Source of the DNA: Octopus bimaculoides
Taxonomy: Eukaryota
DNA length: 64,000 nucleotides
NCBI RefSeq assembly: GCF_001194135.2
Contig: NC_068989.1
Span: 47,854,646-47,918,645, forward strand
Direction of reading: 5' to 3'
The notes beneath the pieces are model-generated. The model saw nothing but the letters and a program-made list of their open reading frames with translations. It did not search any database and was not told the origin of the DNA. The position numbers and the translations under genes are program-made. How positions within the stretch are numbered: position 1 is the first letter of the stretch; each line of letters starts with the position of its first letter. Below are positions 49,063-61,585 of the stretch, piece by piece.

Positions 49063-50619
49063 AAAAAACAAACACAATAACCACTAGGCCAAGTCCGTTC
49101 ATGCAATATCATATATAATGTTATAATTGTCAGAACCTGTGGAGCGTCGAACAAAATGTCGCTTGGTACCTAGCTGCAGTTTTTTATGCTTTTAAACCTG
49201 CTTTGTTGTTTTTGGTAAAATACAGTGCGGTCACTTATATGTGCGGACTCAATCTACTAGACCACCTGCTTTTAATTTCTGTCCTTGTGTCGAATATAAG
49301 TCCTTTTTATTCTTTATCGATGATGACAGTAGAATATGATCTGCACGCAATTTTGATTAGAAGAGAGGCAAGAAAACCGTGAATTGTAATTTAAGGTTAA
49401 GACTTTAAGGATAAGAGACCCACAAAGTCTGCGAAGACAAATCACCCATCAACACTTGGGATCAAAGTTATTTTGTAAGACTGTATGGGCGACATTTTTT
49501 AATCATTTTAATCAGGAACGAAGATAGTGTCCAAGACCCTTTACCAAGCCTCCGAAACTAGTGTGAATAAAGAAGGTAGGCATCTTCAGACTGGTGGCTT
49601 TGCTTGAATGCTTTCAATGAAATGGACTCTGCTAGAAGGACCGGACGTCGAATTCAGTTTACCATCCGAGGAGGCCATACAGCTATTATAACTCAGAACG
49701 CAAAGAGCCGACACAAATGCGCAAGACAACAGGGCCACGTTCTTACATTTGCGCTAATCCATCGACCTGGGTTGGTACTGAAGGGACAAAATGCAAATTT
49801 GAAGTACAGAGCGTCGGAACGAATGCTGCGATGCATTCGTTCCGCCGCTTTAGTGACTCGACCAGTGTTCAGCCTAATGAGAAATTAAAAATAGGAATTA
49901 TGCTAAGTCAAATTAAGACACCACAGGCTATATTGCAACAGAAAACAAAACAAGCTTATTATCGAGTTATCTGTGGTAAATCGTTCATACTCCTATGCTA
50001 ATGCGTTTGAAAGCAATTAACTTAAACCATTTTTGTGCCAAAATATTGTCTCCCAATATATTTTTTAACTTCTAATGAATCTCGTTATAGATTCATGAAT
50101 GCCTTAGCAGCCAGTGAACATTACTACACTTCCCTGCCTCTATCTCTTTCTCTTTTTTCCATTTTCTCTCTCTCTCCTTCTTTCTTTCTTTCTTTCACTA
50201 TTCCTCTCTCTCTCACTCACCTGTGCTCTTCTCAGTACAGTCGATGAACGAACTCATGTTTAATGAACGAACGCTACATTATATATGGCTATCTATAATG
50301 CAACAGAGACATAGACGTATTTAACTTTTGGATGTTTGGTCACCATTTATCTAATGTTGTCCACATTTTTCCAGCGTTGGCAGGAAGACACATCATACCA
50401 CTCGGATGATCATCGCTACCTGACATAAAAGTTTCTTCAACAGAGTTTTAGCTAACGCAAGTACTCATGCCAGGTTCCTAACAGAGGCTTATATAATCGT
50501 TCAACACATTGACACCCTTTACACTCTCTCGGGATCCTGCAAACCAAAATTTAATCCTCTGACAAATTTTAACTCCTCTTCAGAGTTTCTGATCCAGGGT
50601 TTACCTTAGACATCGCCTC

Positions 50620-51030
50620 TTATTCATTTGCAAACTCCACAGTCTATTTACTTTCAATGCACAGTATATTAGTCTATCTCTGCTGGTCTAAAAAAAACCC
50701 TTTCATTCGAACTAAATACTGAAGAGTGGGACTTCCTACTACTCACCTCACTCGGATATCAGCAACGAAAATTTCCCGTTAGTCCAACAATACGATTCCC
50801 TCCCCACTCCAAATACATTTTACTCATCTCCCACTTGCCGAACTCCTCCAACTACCAGCAACAGTTTGACATAGTTTTTACTTCACTGAGGACGTCTGTC
50901 TCTAGACCTTCTCACAAATCCACCTCTTCAGGGACATCAATGAGCATAACCCATCTAGTTCTCCCACTCTTCCCATACTGTTGCTGCCAGTGCAGACGCT
51001 CTATTATTTGCAGTCCTCGTGGCTTGACAT
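50620..51030 (+). mobile_element. Decayed apurinic endonuclease (APE) domain of a CR1/Jockey-like LINE
   Basis: QIHLFRDINEHNPS resembles the GDFNxHHxxW motif, and ELNTEEWDFLLLT resembles the N-terminal LxxxxxDxxxLxE block. Confidence 0.45.
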
Positions 51031-51597
51031 CAAATTGTTTCGTTTTTTTTTTTACACGTATGATGACTGATACATAGACGCTTCATCTATTCTTTTTCTG
51101 GATCTCACTCAACTTTCATCCGGCCATAATGATTTCTGCACTTATCGAGTTTTCCAACTAATCGCTAATCACCGTTACATCATAAATACTCACATAATAC
51201 ACTATGCCAAATACTGACCCTTGACCCTGTGATACTTCAAGTCACATGACCGGAGCTCTACCAGTTTTATACTATCTAGCCTTGGTAGTAAATGTACTGT
51301 GATTCATCGGTAACAACTGGCGTGTGAATAAATCCTGCTCTCAGCAACGTTTTTCAACATAACACGCGCAACAAAATCTCACTGTTCCAATTCTCTCAGG
51401 TAAGCATGCAACAGTTTATGAGGAACGTTCACACAATGAGTATCACAGATTTCGAGGAAACTCAAAAGGGAAAGGGAATAATATTTTCATCGATTTCTGA
51501 CTAAAATAAAAGAAGTATAGATAAAACATGAAGGCTGGGATAAGATTTGCTGAAGGTGAACTCATTATTTCCAACTCTGAAAGTCTACTTCGGCTGG

Positions 51598-51686
51598 ATT
51601 AAACAATGGGGTGATGGGAATTAACAATGGGTTGATGGGAATTCACAATGGGCTGATAGGAATTAACAATGGGCTGATGGAAATTA
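51598..51686. repeat. 21-bp minisatellite, four copies
   Basis: Unit attaacaatgggctgatggga with 1-2 substitutions per copy. Confidence 0.9.
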
Positions 51687-51965
51687 AAGAAGATCGGGTA
51701 TTATCCAACGGTCTTTCTGATAGTCATTATCTTAAAATGAATGTGAGCACATAAAAATATGTATCTACAAAGTGAAAGACTTAAGTAACAAGAATATCGT
51801 CAGAACACAAAATGTCATATTACACAGCCTAAAGTACTGTATGAATGTAGAAAATGTTTCTGGGGAACTTCTTAAATTACAAAGGGCCTATTAAGCGTTT
51901 AATAAAAGGCAGTGTGAGATGAGCGGATGTCTTTTCATGATTAAAAGTAAAACAATAGAATAATA

Positions 51966-52129
51966 AGCAAAGCAGCTAGTTAGAAAATCTCTATAAGAGA
52001 GGAAAGTAATATCTATGCAGGGAAGTAATGTTTATCGCCACATTAATATTGATGTGGCGACAAACATTACTTCTCTGTATAGTTACTGATTTCATCCCTT
52101 ATAGAGATTTTCTAACTAGTTACTCTGCT
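51966..52129. repeat. 164-bp imperfect palindrome (foldback or MITE-like)
   Basis: The arm ctagttagaaaatctctataag...gaagtaatgtttatcgccacat pairs with atgtggcgacaaacattacttc...cttatagagattttctaactag around a very short centre. Confidence 0.9.
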
Positions 52130-52149
52130 CGTTGCAAGATCAGTAACTG

Positions 52150-53540
52150 ATGTTGCTTGGTTTTCTGTATATTGTGAGCTGGAGCGAATTCCCGCTTTCT
52201 CTACCAGACTCGGTTTTTGTTGTATTTTGAAGAATACTAAGCGGAATTGTTTTGCGCGAGGCCACGATCGTTGGGTGGAAGTGAATAATGGAATAAAAGA
52301 AGAGTTATGCAGAAGCTACTGGAGGTCTAGATACCATAGACCCACGTGTGTGGAAGCCGAAGAGGATGGAGTGGAATGAGGAGACGATAGCAAAATATTA
52401 TGGCATGATAAAAAAAAGAAGGGTCAAACATAAAAATGACTCTGCCAGAGGAGGAAAAATGGAAATTGGAAAACCAGACGGTGATATTCAGAACATTTTC
52501 GAATGAAAATAGGAGAATAGAGCACATGCCGCAGGAGAGATAGAGGAAATATTGACGGAACGAATGAATGAAAGGATAACCTCCTTTACAAGAGGAAGGG
52601 GATACGCGACTATAATAGTCACATTTGCATCAGAAGAGGAGGCCAAAATGAACGACAGCAGACAGATACTGGGAGAGAAATGGACATTAATGCTGAACTG
52701 TCTGGGCAAAAGAATCGTCAGCGTCAGGGTTGGAAGAATCCCACTGTCGATAGACCCAGAATGGGTAATAGTCGCAATTTTTAATTCAGAGCTGATGAAG
52801 GGACGTGAAAACCTGGAGATTTGCATAGTAAGCAGAACTCAACAATTGAATTGTTGGGTTTATGGTGTTGAAGTAATTTGCGCCGTAAGCCCAGAATATT
52901 ACGATGAAATGGCGGAAACTGTGGAATTACCAAACGGTGAAAAACTGGAAGTAATGTTGGAGGGGAGGCCCCCAAAATTTTACGGATGCAGTGAAGGGAA
53001 TGCCCTAGAGAAGGGAATGCCCTAGAGCAGCAGTAGAAGTGGTGGAAGAGAGTGTACAGGAAGAGATAGTGGTGGGAAAAAAGCAGAAGCAGAGAACAGA
53101 ATATAATGGGAATTTGGTGGAGGTAAGACCCAGGAAAAGAGAGAGAAGAAAGTCACCGACGACAGTGGAGGTGAAGAAGTGCAAAGAAATGGAAGAAAAA
53201 ACTCAACCCACAACGAGAAACGGAGAAAACTTACCAGTGGAAGTACCATCAAAGGAATTAAAAGTACAGAGTCATTCAAACCAGAAACGAGACAACCCAG
53301 AATTACGGAAACCTAAAGACAGACACACAGACGAAACACGTAGAGTTGCAGTCAAACGAACACACAGACACACAAATACAAGAACACACAGATACACAAA
53401 TACACGAACACACAGACTTACAGACGGAAATACAAGAACCCATAAAAGAGCAGGAAAGTAGGAGCAAAAAGAGACAACATAAGCACAAACGAAAAGTAAA
53501 ATTATAGTGAGATAGGACACCCCAACTTGAAAGGCGTAAG
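52150..53540 (+). mobile_element. L1/Tx1-like LINE 5' region: decayed ORF1 (RRM-like, zinc-knuckle remnant, low-complexity tail)
   Basis: IIVTFASEEEAK...LGKRIVSVRVGRIPLSIDPE...LEVMLEGRPPKFYGC fits the L1/Tx1 ORF1 pattern. A 17-bp duplication (52993-53026) disrupts the CCHC knuckle, and a 24-bp unit repeats three times near 53358. Confidence 0.65.
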
Positions 53541-55639
53541 TGGGAAGTCATTATAATTTTGTAACGATTGTAACTGAGAGAAATGATTGTTTGAACTTCT
53601 TAGGAAACAAGAAAAAGGAAAAATAATGTAAAATTTGAAACTGCTTAATGAACAGGTTTCCTAAAGTTTTTTTTTAACACTGATAAACATTTTGTTTTCT
53701 TTTAGTTAAAAAAAAAGGAGAAGAAATAAGTAAGGAGCATTGGTTTAAAAGGGTTATTATGGTAGGGCAAAAGTGAAGAGGGAAGTCGCGGTTTCGGCTC
53801 GGAGCGAGGCTAAAGGTTGTGTTAAAGGAATACACGGTTTCATCTCGCAGCGAGCGCGAGATGGCTGACTCATTTCCATTGTAAATATATTCATCTCACA
53901 TTCATCCTTCATATGTTTTATGTTTCCGCATGTCTTTGTATGTCCCCTCCATAATTAGGCTTTGTGCCTGTAATAATTAATCCCTAACAGCGGGGCGTTC
54001 ACTACTGACGATGAGCACAAATAGCCTAAAACCGTTCTGTTTGATAACCCCGTTGTCTGCTAGAAGATGTTACGGGTTCGCTCCCATGCTTGCAATATAT
54101 ACCGGGTGTACAATGCATCGATAACCAGCTAGAGGAGGCTCTTCCTGGGGTTAAAAACGGTCGTAACATCGATTCTTATGGAACAGCCATATTGATATAA
54201 CGATAAACATTGCTTCTCAATAGAATAATACGATATTTAGCAAGAAAAACGCGCTTTACGATACATCGAAATTGTAACAAGTCAGTCAACTAACTACTTT
54301 ACAGTAAATATTTATAGAGATTTTCATATGAATCAGAGTAACAAGCAAGAAGAAAAGTTACTTTTAACTGATGGACAGCTCCTTCAAAAGTCATTACCTA
54401 TAATTCATCAATATTTGAATGTTGAACACAACACTACGTCAACGTGAAATGATCAGTTATAGAATGTGCACTACACCAGAAGAGTGGGAGCCGTAAGATG
54501 TCTGAAGAAGTAATAGATACTATCTAAGGATTTGTGATATATTAAAGCCAGGTTGAGAAAAATCTAGCAGTTGCTGCATCAATTCACATACTACACGTGT
54601 AACGATGCCAAAAAGTAACATGCATGCAAAGAAAAACAACAACGACAAAAATAAAACATGTGAAATGCAAAAGCCTATTGAAGATTCAAAGACCGAAAAT
54701 ATTTTATTTGAAAATTCCTCATTGCTGGCATGGAACCTCAATAATAAAACAGAAATTTTGAATTTTATATGTGTGTGTGTGTGTGTGTGCGTTCTGGTGC
54801 GCAAACGTGTCTGTGTATTATGTATTTATGTATATATGTTTGCATAGGCTGTGTGGTGAGATCATCTTGTATACTGAGATGAAATATTGCATGAGGAATG
54901 TTAGACAATATGCCAAATGCATATGTGTATTCAGTATAAATTAAGACAGCTGACAATGTTGGTAAGAAGAAATTAATACTTAATATACGTTGACAATTTA
55001 TGTTAGAAATACACAGATGAGAAGTATTCAGTAAATATAATATATTTTATAATATATTTCTTTCACAGATGTCAGCTGAAGCCTCTTACTATATAACTTA
55101 CGATCAAACTTCCTGAGAAGTTATCACATAAACAACAATAATGGGAAAATGGACAAAACATTTTGCCAAAATTCCATATTTTAGTGTTGTTCTGCCAAAA
55201 ATATCTGCAAAGTCTAAGTTGCAGTTTCTACATAGTCGCTTGAACTGTCTAGTATTTAGTGTGATATGACAGTGGAGGACTATATACGTGGTAAGTACGC
55301 CTGCTAAATATAGCAGTGGAACCTCCTTAAATCATACCATACTATGTTAAAAAAAATTAAACAAAATATCGGATATTTTAGTCCGTGGTTGGCAATGACT
55401 GAAATGAAAACACGGGTGATTGATAGCTGAAATGCCTTTCATCATATAACTGCTGAATGAGAGTAGACCTGGAGTTTAAAAAAAACCCAGCTATCTATAC
55501 AATATAGCAGTGGTGAAAAGACTACCAGAAGTAACACATGCAATATTTGAATTCAAATAAATACACATTGTCAACTGTTATGTCTCGTGCTACATCGATC
55601 CTACATTCACCGCTCCTTTTTTCTGGTGATAACTAGGAA

Positions 55640-56340
55640 AGGAAGAATTGTTAGACCGTCAAACTAAATCATTTATAATATTTAAATACAGTGAGCAAGC
55701 ACAATCGTTAGTACGCCGGGCAAAATACTTATCGCCGTTTTGTCCGTCTATGCGCTCATAGTTCAAATTCCGCTGAGGTCGACTTTGCCTTTCATCATTT
55801 CGGGGTCGAAAAAATATGTACCAGTTGAATACAGAAGTCGATGTAATTGTCTTGCCCCTTTTGTGGAAATTGCCTGCATTGTGCCAAAATTTGAAGCCAA
55901 TATTTAACAGACATAAATATGCGTTGCCAAGTATTATGTCTCACGTTATATCGATTCTACATTCACTGATTTTCCTTTTGTTTTTTAATTCTAATTATAA
56001 TTAGGAATGGAAGAATTGGTAGAACGTTGGATAAGATCTTTTTTTAATATTTAATTACAGTTGGCTGGCAGAATCGTTAACACGCTGGGCAAGATGCTTA
56101 GCGGCATTTCATCCGTCTTTACACTCTGAGTTCAAATTCTGCCGAGGTTAACTTAGACTTACATCCTTTCGGGTTGACTTACACTTTCATCCACTGAGGT
56201 GGATGTGATTGACTTATCCCCAGCCCGCGTTTGCTGGCCTTGTGCCAAAATTTGGAACTAACATTTAATTAAGGTCCTTTACAGTCTGAGTTCAAATCTT
56301 GCTGATTTTGCAGCCTTCCTGAATCGATAAAATTAAGCAC
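55640..56340 (+). mobile_element. Tandem SINE family A copies (two near full length plus fragments)
   Basis: gttcaaattccgctgaggtcgactttgcctttcatc at 55760 and gagttcaaattctgccgagg at 56128, with tails tgtgccaaaattt. Confidence 0.85.
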
Positions 56341-56939
56341 CAAACCAATTTGTAATTTTGTTGTGTCTGGGAAGAGTCATTCTCTTTTAGTGTCTTATTA
56401 TTTAACACACTCACCGGTAAAGTTTCCACTCATTTACTTATTTCTTTTTCCTAACATCTTCGTTGCGTCTTGCAGCCTTTTCAATAGTCGTTGACTCTCT
56501 TCGTTATCACAGCTCGGATGTCTGACTTCTGTTTTACAGTTCAATAATTTTGTTATTTGTTAAGCTTTATCATCTCTAACATGTTCGTCGCCTGATACAA
56601 ATTTTATCAATCACGTTACAAACAGGAAAGTAATCAGCGTCACTTGTCTAGGTACCTTGCTTTCTCAGTTCAATTCCTAGTATGACCCGCTTGGATGGTA
56701 GATTCAATCCATTACTGTCTAACACCTCTGATGCCTTTCGAGAAGTTTGTTTTGTTGTAAACATCCGATCTAGGTCTGCATTTTTAAGGATCCCTCTTCC
56801 CTCCTTCTTGCCAATGGTATCCACTATCCCCTATTCTCAAAAACGGTAACCTTGTGCCTAAATCATCATTATTGTAATCAACATCATAATCATTATCATT
56901 ATTATTATTGTTATCATAATCATCATCATCATCATTATA

Positions 56940-57137
56940 AGAATTGTTAGCACACCGGGCGAAATGCTTAGCGGTATTTCGTCTGTCGCTGCGTTCTAAG
57001 TTCAAATTCCGCCGAGGTCGACTTTGCCTTTCATCTCTTCGAGGTCGATAAAATAAGGACCAATTGAACAGTGGGGTCGATGTAATCGACTCATCCCCTC
57101 CCCCAGAATGGCTGCCCTTGTGGAAAAATTTGAAGCG

Positions 57138-57139
<2 letters not shown>
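56940..57139 (+). mobile_element. SINE family A, slightly 5'-truncated, between ATC/ATT arrays
   Basis: ttgttagcacaccgggcgaaatgcttagcggtatttcgtc...gtcgactttgcctttcatc...gaaaaatttgaagcg, then (ATT)n. Confidence 0.92.
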
Positions 57140-57191
<52 letters not shown>

Positions 57192-58790
57192 GCCTTTGCA
57201 CAGCTTCTAACGCTGGACATGTACTACAGTGTCAGCTGTTCACTACCAGTGAATTCAGATAACACGTATTATTTTTGGAGCACCTTTTGAAGTATTCGAG
57301 CGGTTCCAAGCAGTGCTGTTTTCTGCAAGTGCCCCACCTTTATTACAGCCTCTATTTTTCCCACGTACTTCTCGAGATTTTTACTGACTATTCCCAGGGC
57401 TCAGACAATTATTGGTACTACTGCTACCTTTTTAATCGACCACAACTGTTTAACTTCCCAAGCAAACCTGTCATATCTCTCAACTTTTCTTTCTTCCTTA
57501 TCGCATACCTTGTTGTCAGCTGGGCATGCTATATCTATGATCCAGCATAGTTTGTTTTCTTTCTTAATTAAGACTATCTCCGGCTTCCTATTCTCTATCT
57601 TATGGTCGCACTAAGCATAAAAATCTCATAAGATCTTTGCATTTCTATTTTCGACGATGCCTTCAAGTTTGTAGTCGTACGAATTTTTTGCTCTGTCAAA
57701 TCCATACTTGTTGCAAAGTGTCCAATGAACAAGCCTGGCTATATTGTCGTGGTGTCTCTTATATTCCTCCTGGGCTCGTGGCGTACATTGGCTTGTAATT
57801 TGCCATACAGTTTCACCGTTTTGTCCACAGATTCTGTACTTACCTCTTTTTGCTGTGTTGTCTCTTCTGTATTTTATGTAGTTTGTTCATAGTGCTTGCT
57901 CTTGGGCAGCACAGATTAGAGCCTCCATTTCTGGTTTTAAATCCCTTTTAGTCATCCACAGCCATCTTTTTTCTGTCTTTCTTACCTTCAACATCCCTAT
58001 GAAATTGACCATGCATTCTTTTCTTTACCCACCTATTTTTAGTTTCATTTGTTTTCAATCTCTTTTATAGTGCTTTATCTTTGTAATCCTTCATCCTACA
58101 CAAGCTTGACCTTCATACTTCTAGTAATATCGGTTCTGTGGAATTTTTTACATACCATGCTATGTTGTTTTCTTCTGCTCTAATGCTGTGTTCGAATCCA
58201 ATAAGTCCTCTTATCCCTCTTTTTCTTGGTACATACAGTCTGTCTGTGTCACTTTTTGGGTGGAGTGACCCATATCTAGTTAGCAACTTCCTTGTCTTTC
58301 TGTCTAAGCTGTTTAGTCCGTCTAACGTCCATGCGATTACCCCTGCTCCATATCGAAGGAGTGAAACCGCCCAGGTGTTGATAGCTTCGATCTTATTCCG
58401 TCCGTTTAATTTCGACTTAAGGATCAGTCTCAGTCTGCGCAAGTACTCCACTTTAAATTTTTGTCATTTCTTTCGCCATCAATTTATCCATTTCCAAAAT
58501 CCCCAAGTACTTATAGCCCGTCTCTTCTATCTGCTTCATAACCTACCCCGACGGTATCGTTTGCCCGTCCATGCATTTGATTTTGCCTCTCTTCAAGACT
58601 AACACCCCACACTTTCTCAGTCTGAACTACATTCTGATATCAGCCCTGAAGGTATACAGCGTATCAACGAGGGAACTGACTTGGACTTCATCTTTACCAT
58701 AAAGTTTGAGGTCATCCATGAATAACAAATGGTTGACTTTTTGCTGGCGGCTTTTGAATACATACCCAGCTTTTGCTTTGCACAGAAGGA
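57140..58790 (-). mobile_element. R4/Dong-like RLE LINE, 5'-truncated, with 3' UTR and (TAA)n tail
   Basis: KVNHLLFMDDLKLY; YLRRLRLILKSKLNGRNKIEAINTWAV...HPKSDTDRLYVPRKRG; HDNIARLVHW; RKPDIVLI...IIDIACP. (TTA)n at 57140-57191. Confidence 0.93.
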
Positions 58791-58796
58791 AAAAAA

Positions 58797-59110
58797 ACCT
58801 TCGTATTTCCCACTTCAAATCGTCATAGTGTTTTAATTTTGTCTTTCTCTTTCACTTTGATCCTGTTGTGACAGAGGCATGCTATGTCGATTATCATGCA
58901 TGTATTTTACTTTTTTATTCACCTTTGCAATGTCCGGTTTCTGATGTTTGATCGGGTGATGGCACTGAATCATTGCATCCCACTGGATTTTGCAATTCTC
59001 ATTCTTGAAGACTCCTTCTGGGGTTTGCTCATACCACGTATTTGCTCTTTGTAGTCAGTGATTTCCACAGAGCTCCCAATGGATCATTCTTGTCACATTG
59101 TCATAGCGTC
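58797..59110 (-). mobile_element. Second R4/Dong-like fragment (RLE domain, diverged from the first)
   Basis: YDNVTRMIHWELC...WYEQTPEGV...KPDI...IIDIAC...YDDLKWEIRR. Confidence 0.88.
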
Positions 59111-59184
<74 letters not shown>

Positions 59185-59710
59185 AGCGTCGCACAGTCTA
59201 CAATATAGTGGTGTTACTGATTGAAGATATTGTGTCTACCAGGGGTTTTTCAAGTCACAACAAGGACCTCAGACAGACAATACTTTACGTAATATGCGTG
59301 CAGTTCCAAGTAATGCCGACTTCTACAATACACCTAGATTGTAGGGTATTTCTAAAGTTTTCAGATGTGTTTTTTCAGATTGGCTGGTATTGAACCCAAT
59401 GCTCCGATGACAATAGGAATAACCTTTATCTTTGACTCGCGTAGCTGCCACATCTTAGGGATTTCAATTCTGAGGTCTCCATATTTATCAACCTTTTCTC
59501 TTTCTTTCATGATATGTTGATCTCCTGGCACTGCACGTCAAATATTAGGCACTCTTGTTTGTCCCTCCTAAAGGTTACTATATGCGGCCTTCAGTACTCC
59601 TATACCTTGTCTGTTTGGAAGTCAAAGTCCCAGAGAATTTTTGCCTTCCCATTTTTGTCCATTACTTTTTCTGGTGTATGTTGGTACCAAGCACCTGTAA
59701 ACTCTGTTGT
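59111..59710 (-). mobile_element. Third R4/Dong-like 3' end with (TAA)n tail (59111-59183)
   Basis: WYQHTPEKV...KILWDFDFQTD...KYGDLRIEI...VIPIVIGALGSIP...KSALLGTARILRKVLSV*. Confidence 0.9.
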
Positions 59711-61585
59711 CCTTATTATTATCATCAAAACAACAAAGTGCACTATAGTTTCTATTTAAGTCAAGTCATTGTGATTAATTGGCTGTTTTAGCTAGTAAGC
59801 TATGTGAACTTTGTATCTACATAAACTAATTGCAATTTCTCATAATTTATTTAGCTAATATATTTAGTTTGGTATGTTTATAAGTTCTGTCATATAATTT
59901 CAAAGATAGTTTGTTTTTTTTTCTCTCTCAGGAGACACCTGATTCATTTATTTTCGAAAATAAATTAATATAAACAAAACACACACACACACACACATGT
60001 TTATATATACATATATATGCAAATATCTATACATATTCATATATATATATATATATAATGTAAATAAAATATATTTTATATATATTGCATTGATAGATGG
60101 ATGTATGAGTGCATAAGTATGCATGTCTATGCACCCATATACAAAGGCAGGGAGGAAAGCAATGTATGTCAGTACGTATGCATGTGCATATGCATGAATT
60201 TATGTATACCCGCATATGTACGTGCATGTGTGTGTGCATTTATATACATACCTATAACTGTGTAGGTAGTCTACACTTTATCTATTTTACACGTATGCAT
60301 ATATACATAGGTATACATGCATACATTCGTTTATATATAAACACACGCACGCACGGATGCAATTGCACGCATACATATCTACATGCATATAAATTTACAT
60401 GTATACATACATATATTCCCTATCCTTTACTATATTAGCTCTGTTGGTTATCGGCCAGTAGCCATGCTTGTGCGCAACGTCGAAGTGTTTTTTTTTCTTT
60501 TCAATATTATTTTCATTGTACTTAAATTTAAGGCCCGTGCTTATTGTATTGAAAAGTATCTATCGGGTGATAAACAGATGCACCGTGAGACAGCAAACAC
60601 GGCGCATACGCACATATATGTAAATACACTCACATACAATCGTTAATTTTTACAAGGAAAAAGTTGACTGTGATTTGGTTTCTCGTCGAGATTAAACTTG
60701 TAACGGCAAGCAAGTCGAAACTTTGAAATCACTATCAAATTTCTCTAAGTAAAAAGTAATACTCAATATAAAAATTTTGTAAATTGTTTTCACTTAATGA
60801 AAATATTAATAAATACTAGCAGAAAGACCACCCTTCCCAGTATATTTAATTCCCCTGATAGCTAAATTTCCATTGTATCCTTTATTTGTCTATTAGTACT
60901 CACTCTGTAAATATTTCTTTCGTTATTTTATTGTAATCTTAATATTTCTCTTTTGAACAAACTCAAAGATAACACATCCTTTACGTAGTCATTTATCATA
61001 AAAATAACGGGAATCACGCGGATATATTCTAAGGCGTATTGCATACCACACGGCCATATTAATTCCAAGGGTAATTTCAAATCTATTTCATCCTACCCTC
61101 TAAAATTTCAGATTACCTCTTCGAAACCTACCCTTAAATTTTCGTCGCCTTTCTAGCAAATATGATTTCTGTATGTGTAAGTATTAAATATATGTGTGTA
61201 AACCACAAAATAGAGCTTCTCAGTGACTACTCTTTTGGTTAAAGGTGAAAAAGTTGTATTTAACAAGTACAAATATATTTTTATATAATAATTGTGTATG
61301 AATATAATTTGTTTTGTGTATAGATATATTTCGTTGGCATTTTATGCGTATATATATTGATATATTTTGTTTTATATAAAACACGTTTTTTTATTTTTTT
61401 TTTAAATTGCAGAATTAGAACTTCTGACGTTCAAAGTGTTTTTAAAGGTATTATAAAAATGTTTGGGGTTGTACTTGAAAAAATATCATATTGAAAAATT
61501 TAGTATTAGTTCTAACCCATGAATGTACAGTTTATTTTATTTTCTGTCGACATATATGTTAGTACATTTTAATACTAATAACCTA

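Noticed and set aside
49604-50001. Two overlapping 94-aa plus-strand ORFs
   Set aside because: No domain similarity recognised; the starts are weak or non-ATG.
51598-51686. CRISPR-like array
   Set aside because: The repeats are contiguous with no unique spacers, and the context is eukaryotic.
56450-56489. Minus-strand ttgaaaa-ggctgc...gcaac-gaag motif resembling a hammerhead scaffold
   Set aside because: Both conserved core segments deviate (TTGAAAA, GAAG); at best a dead relic.
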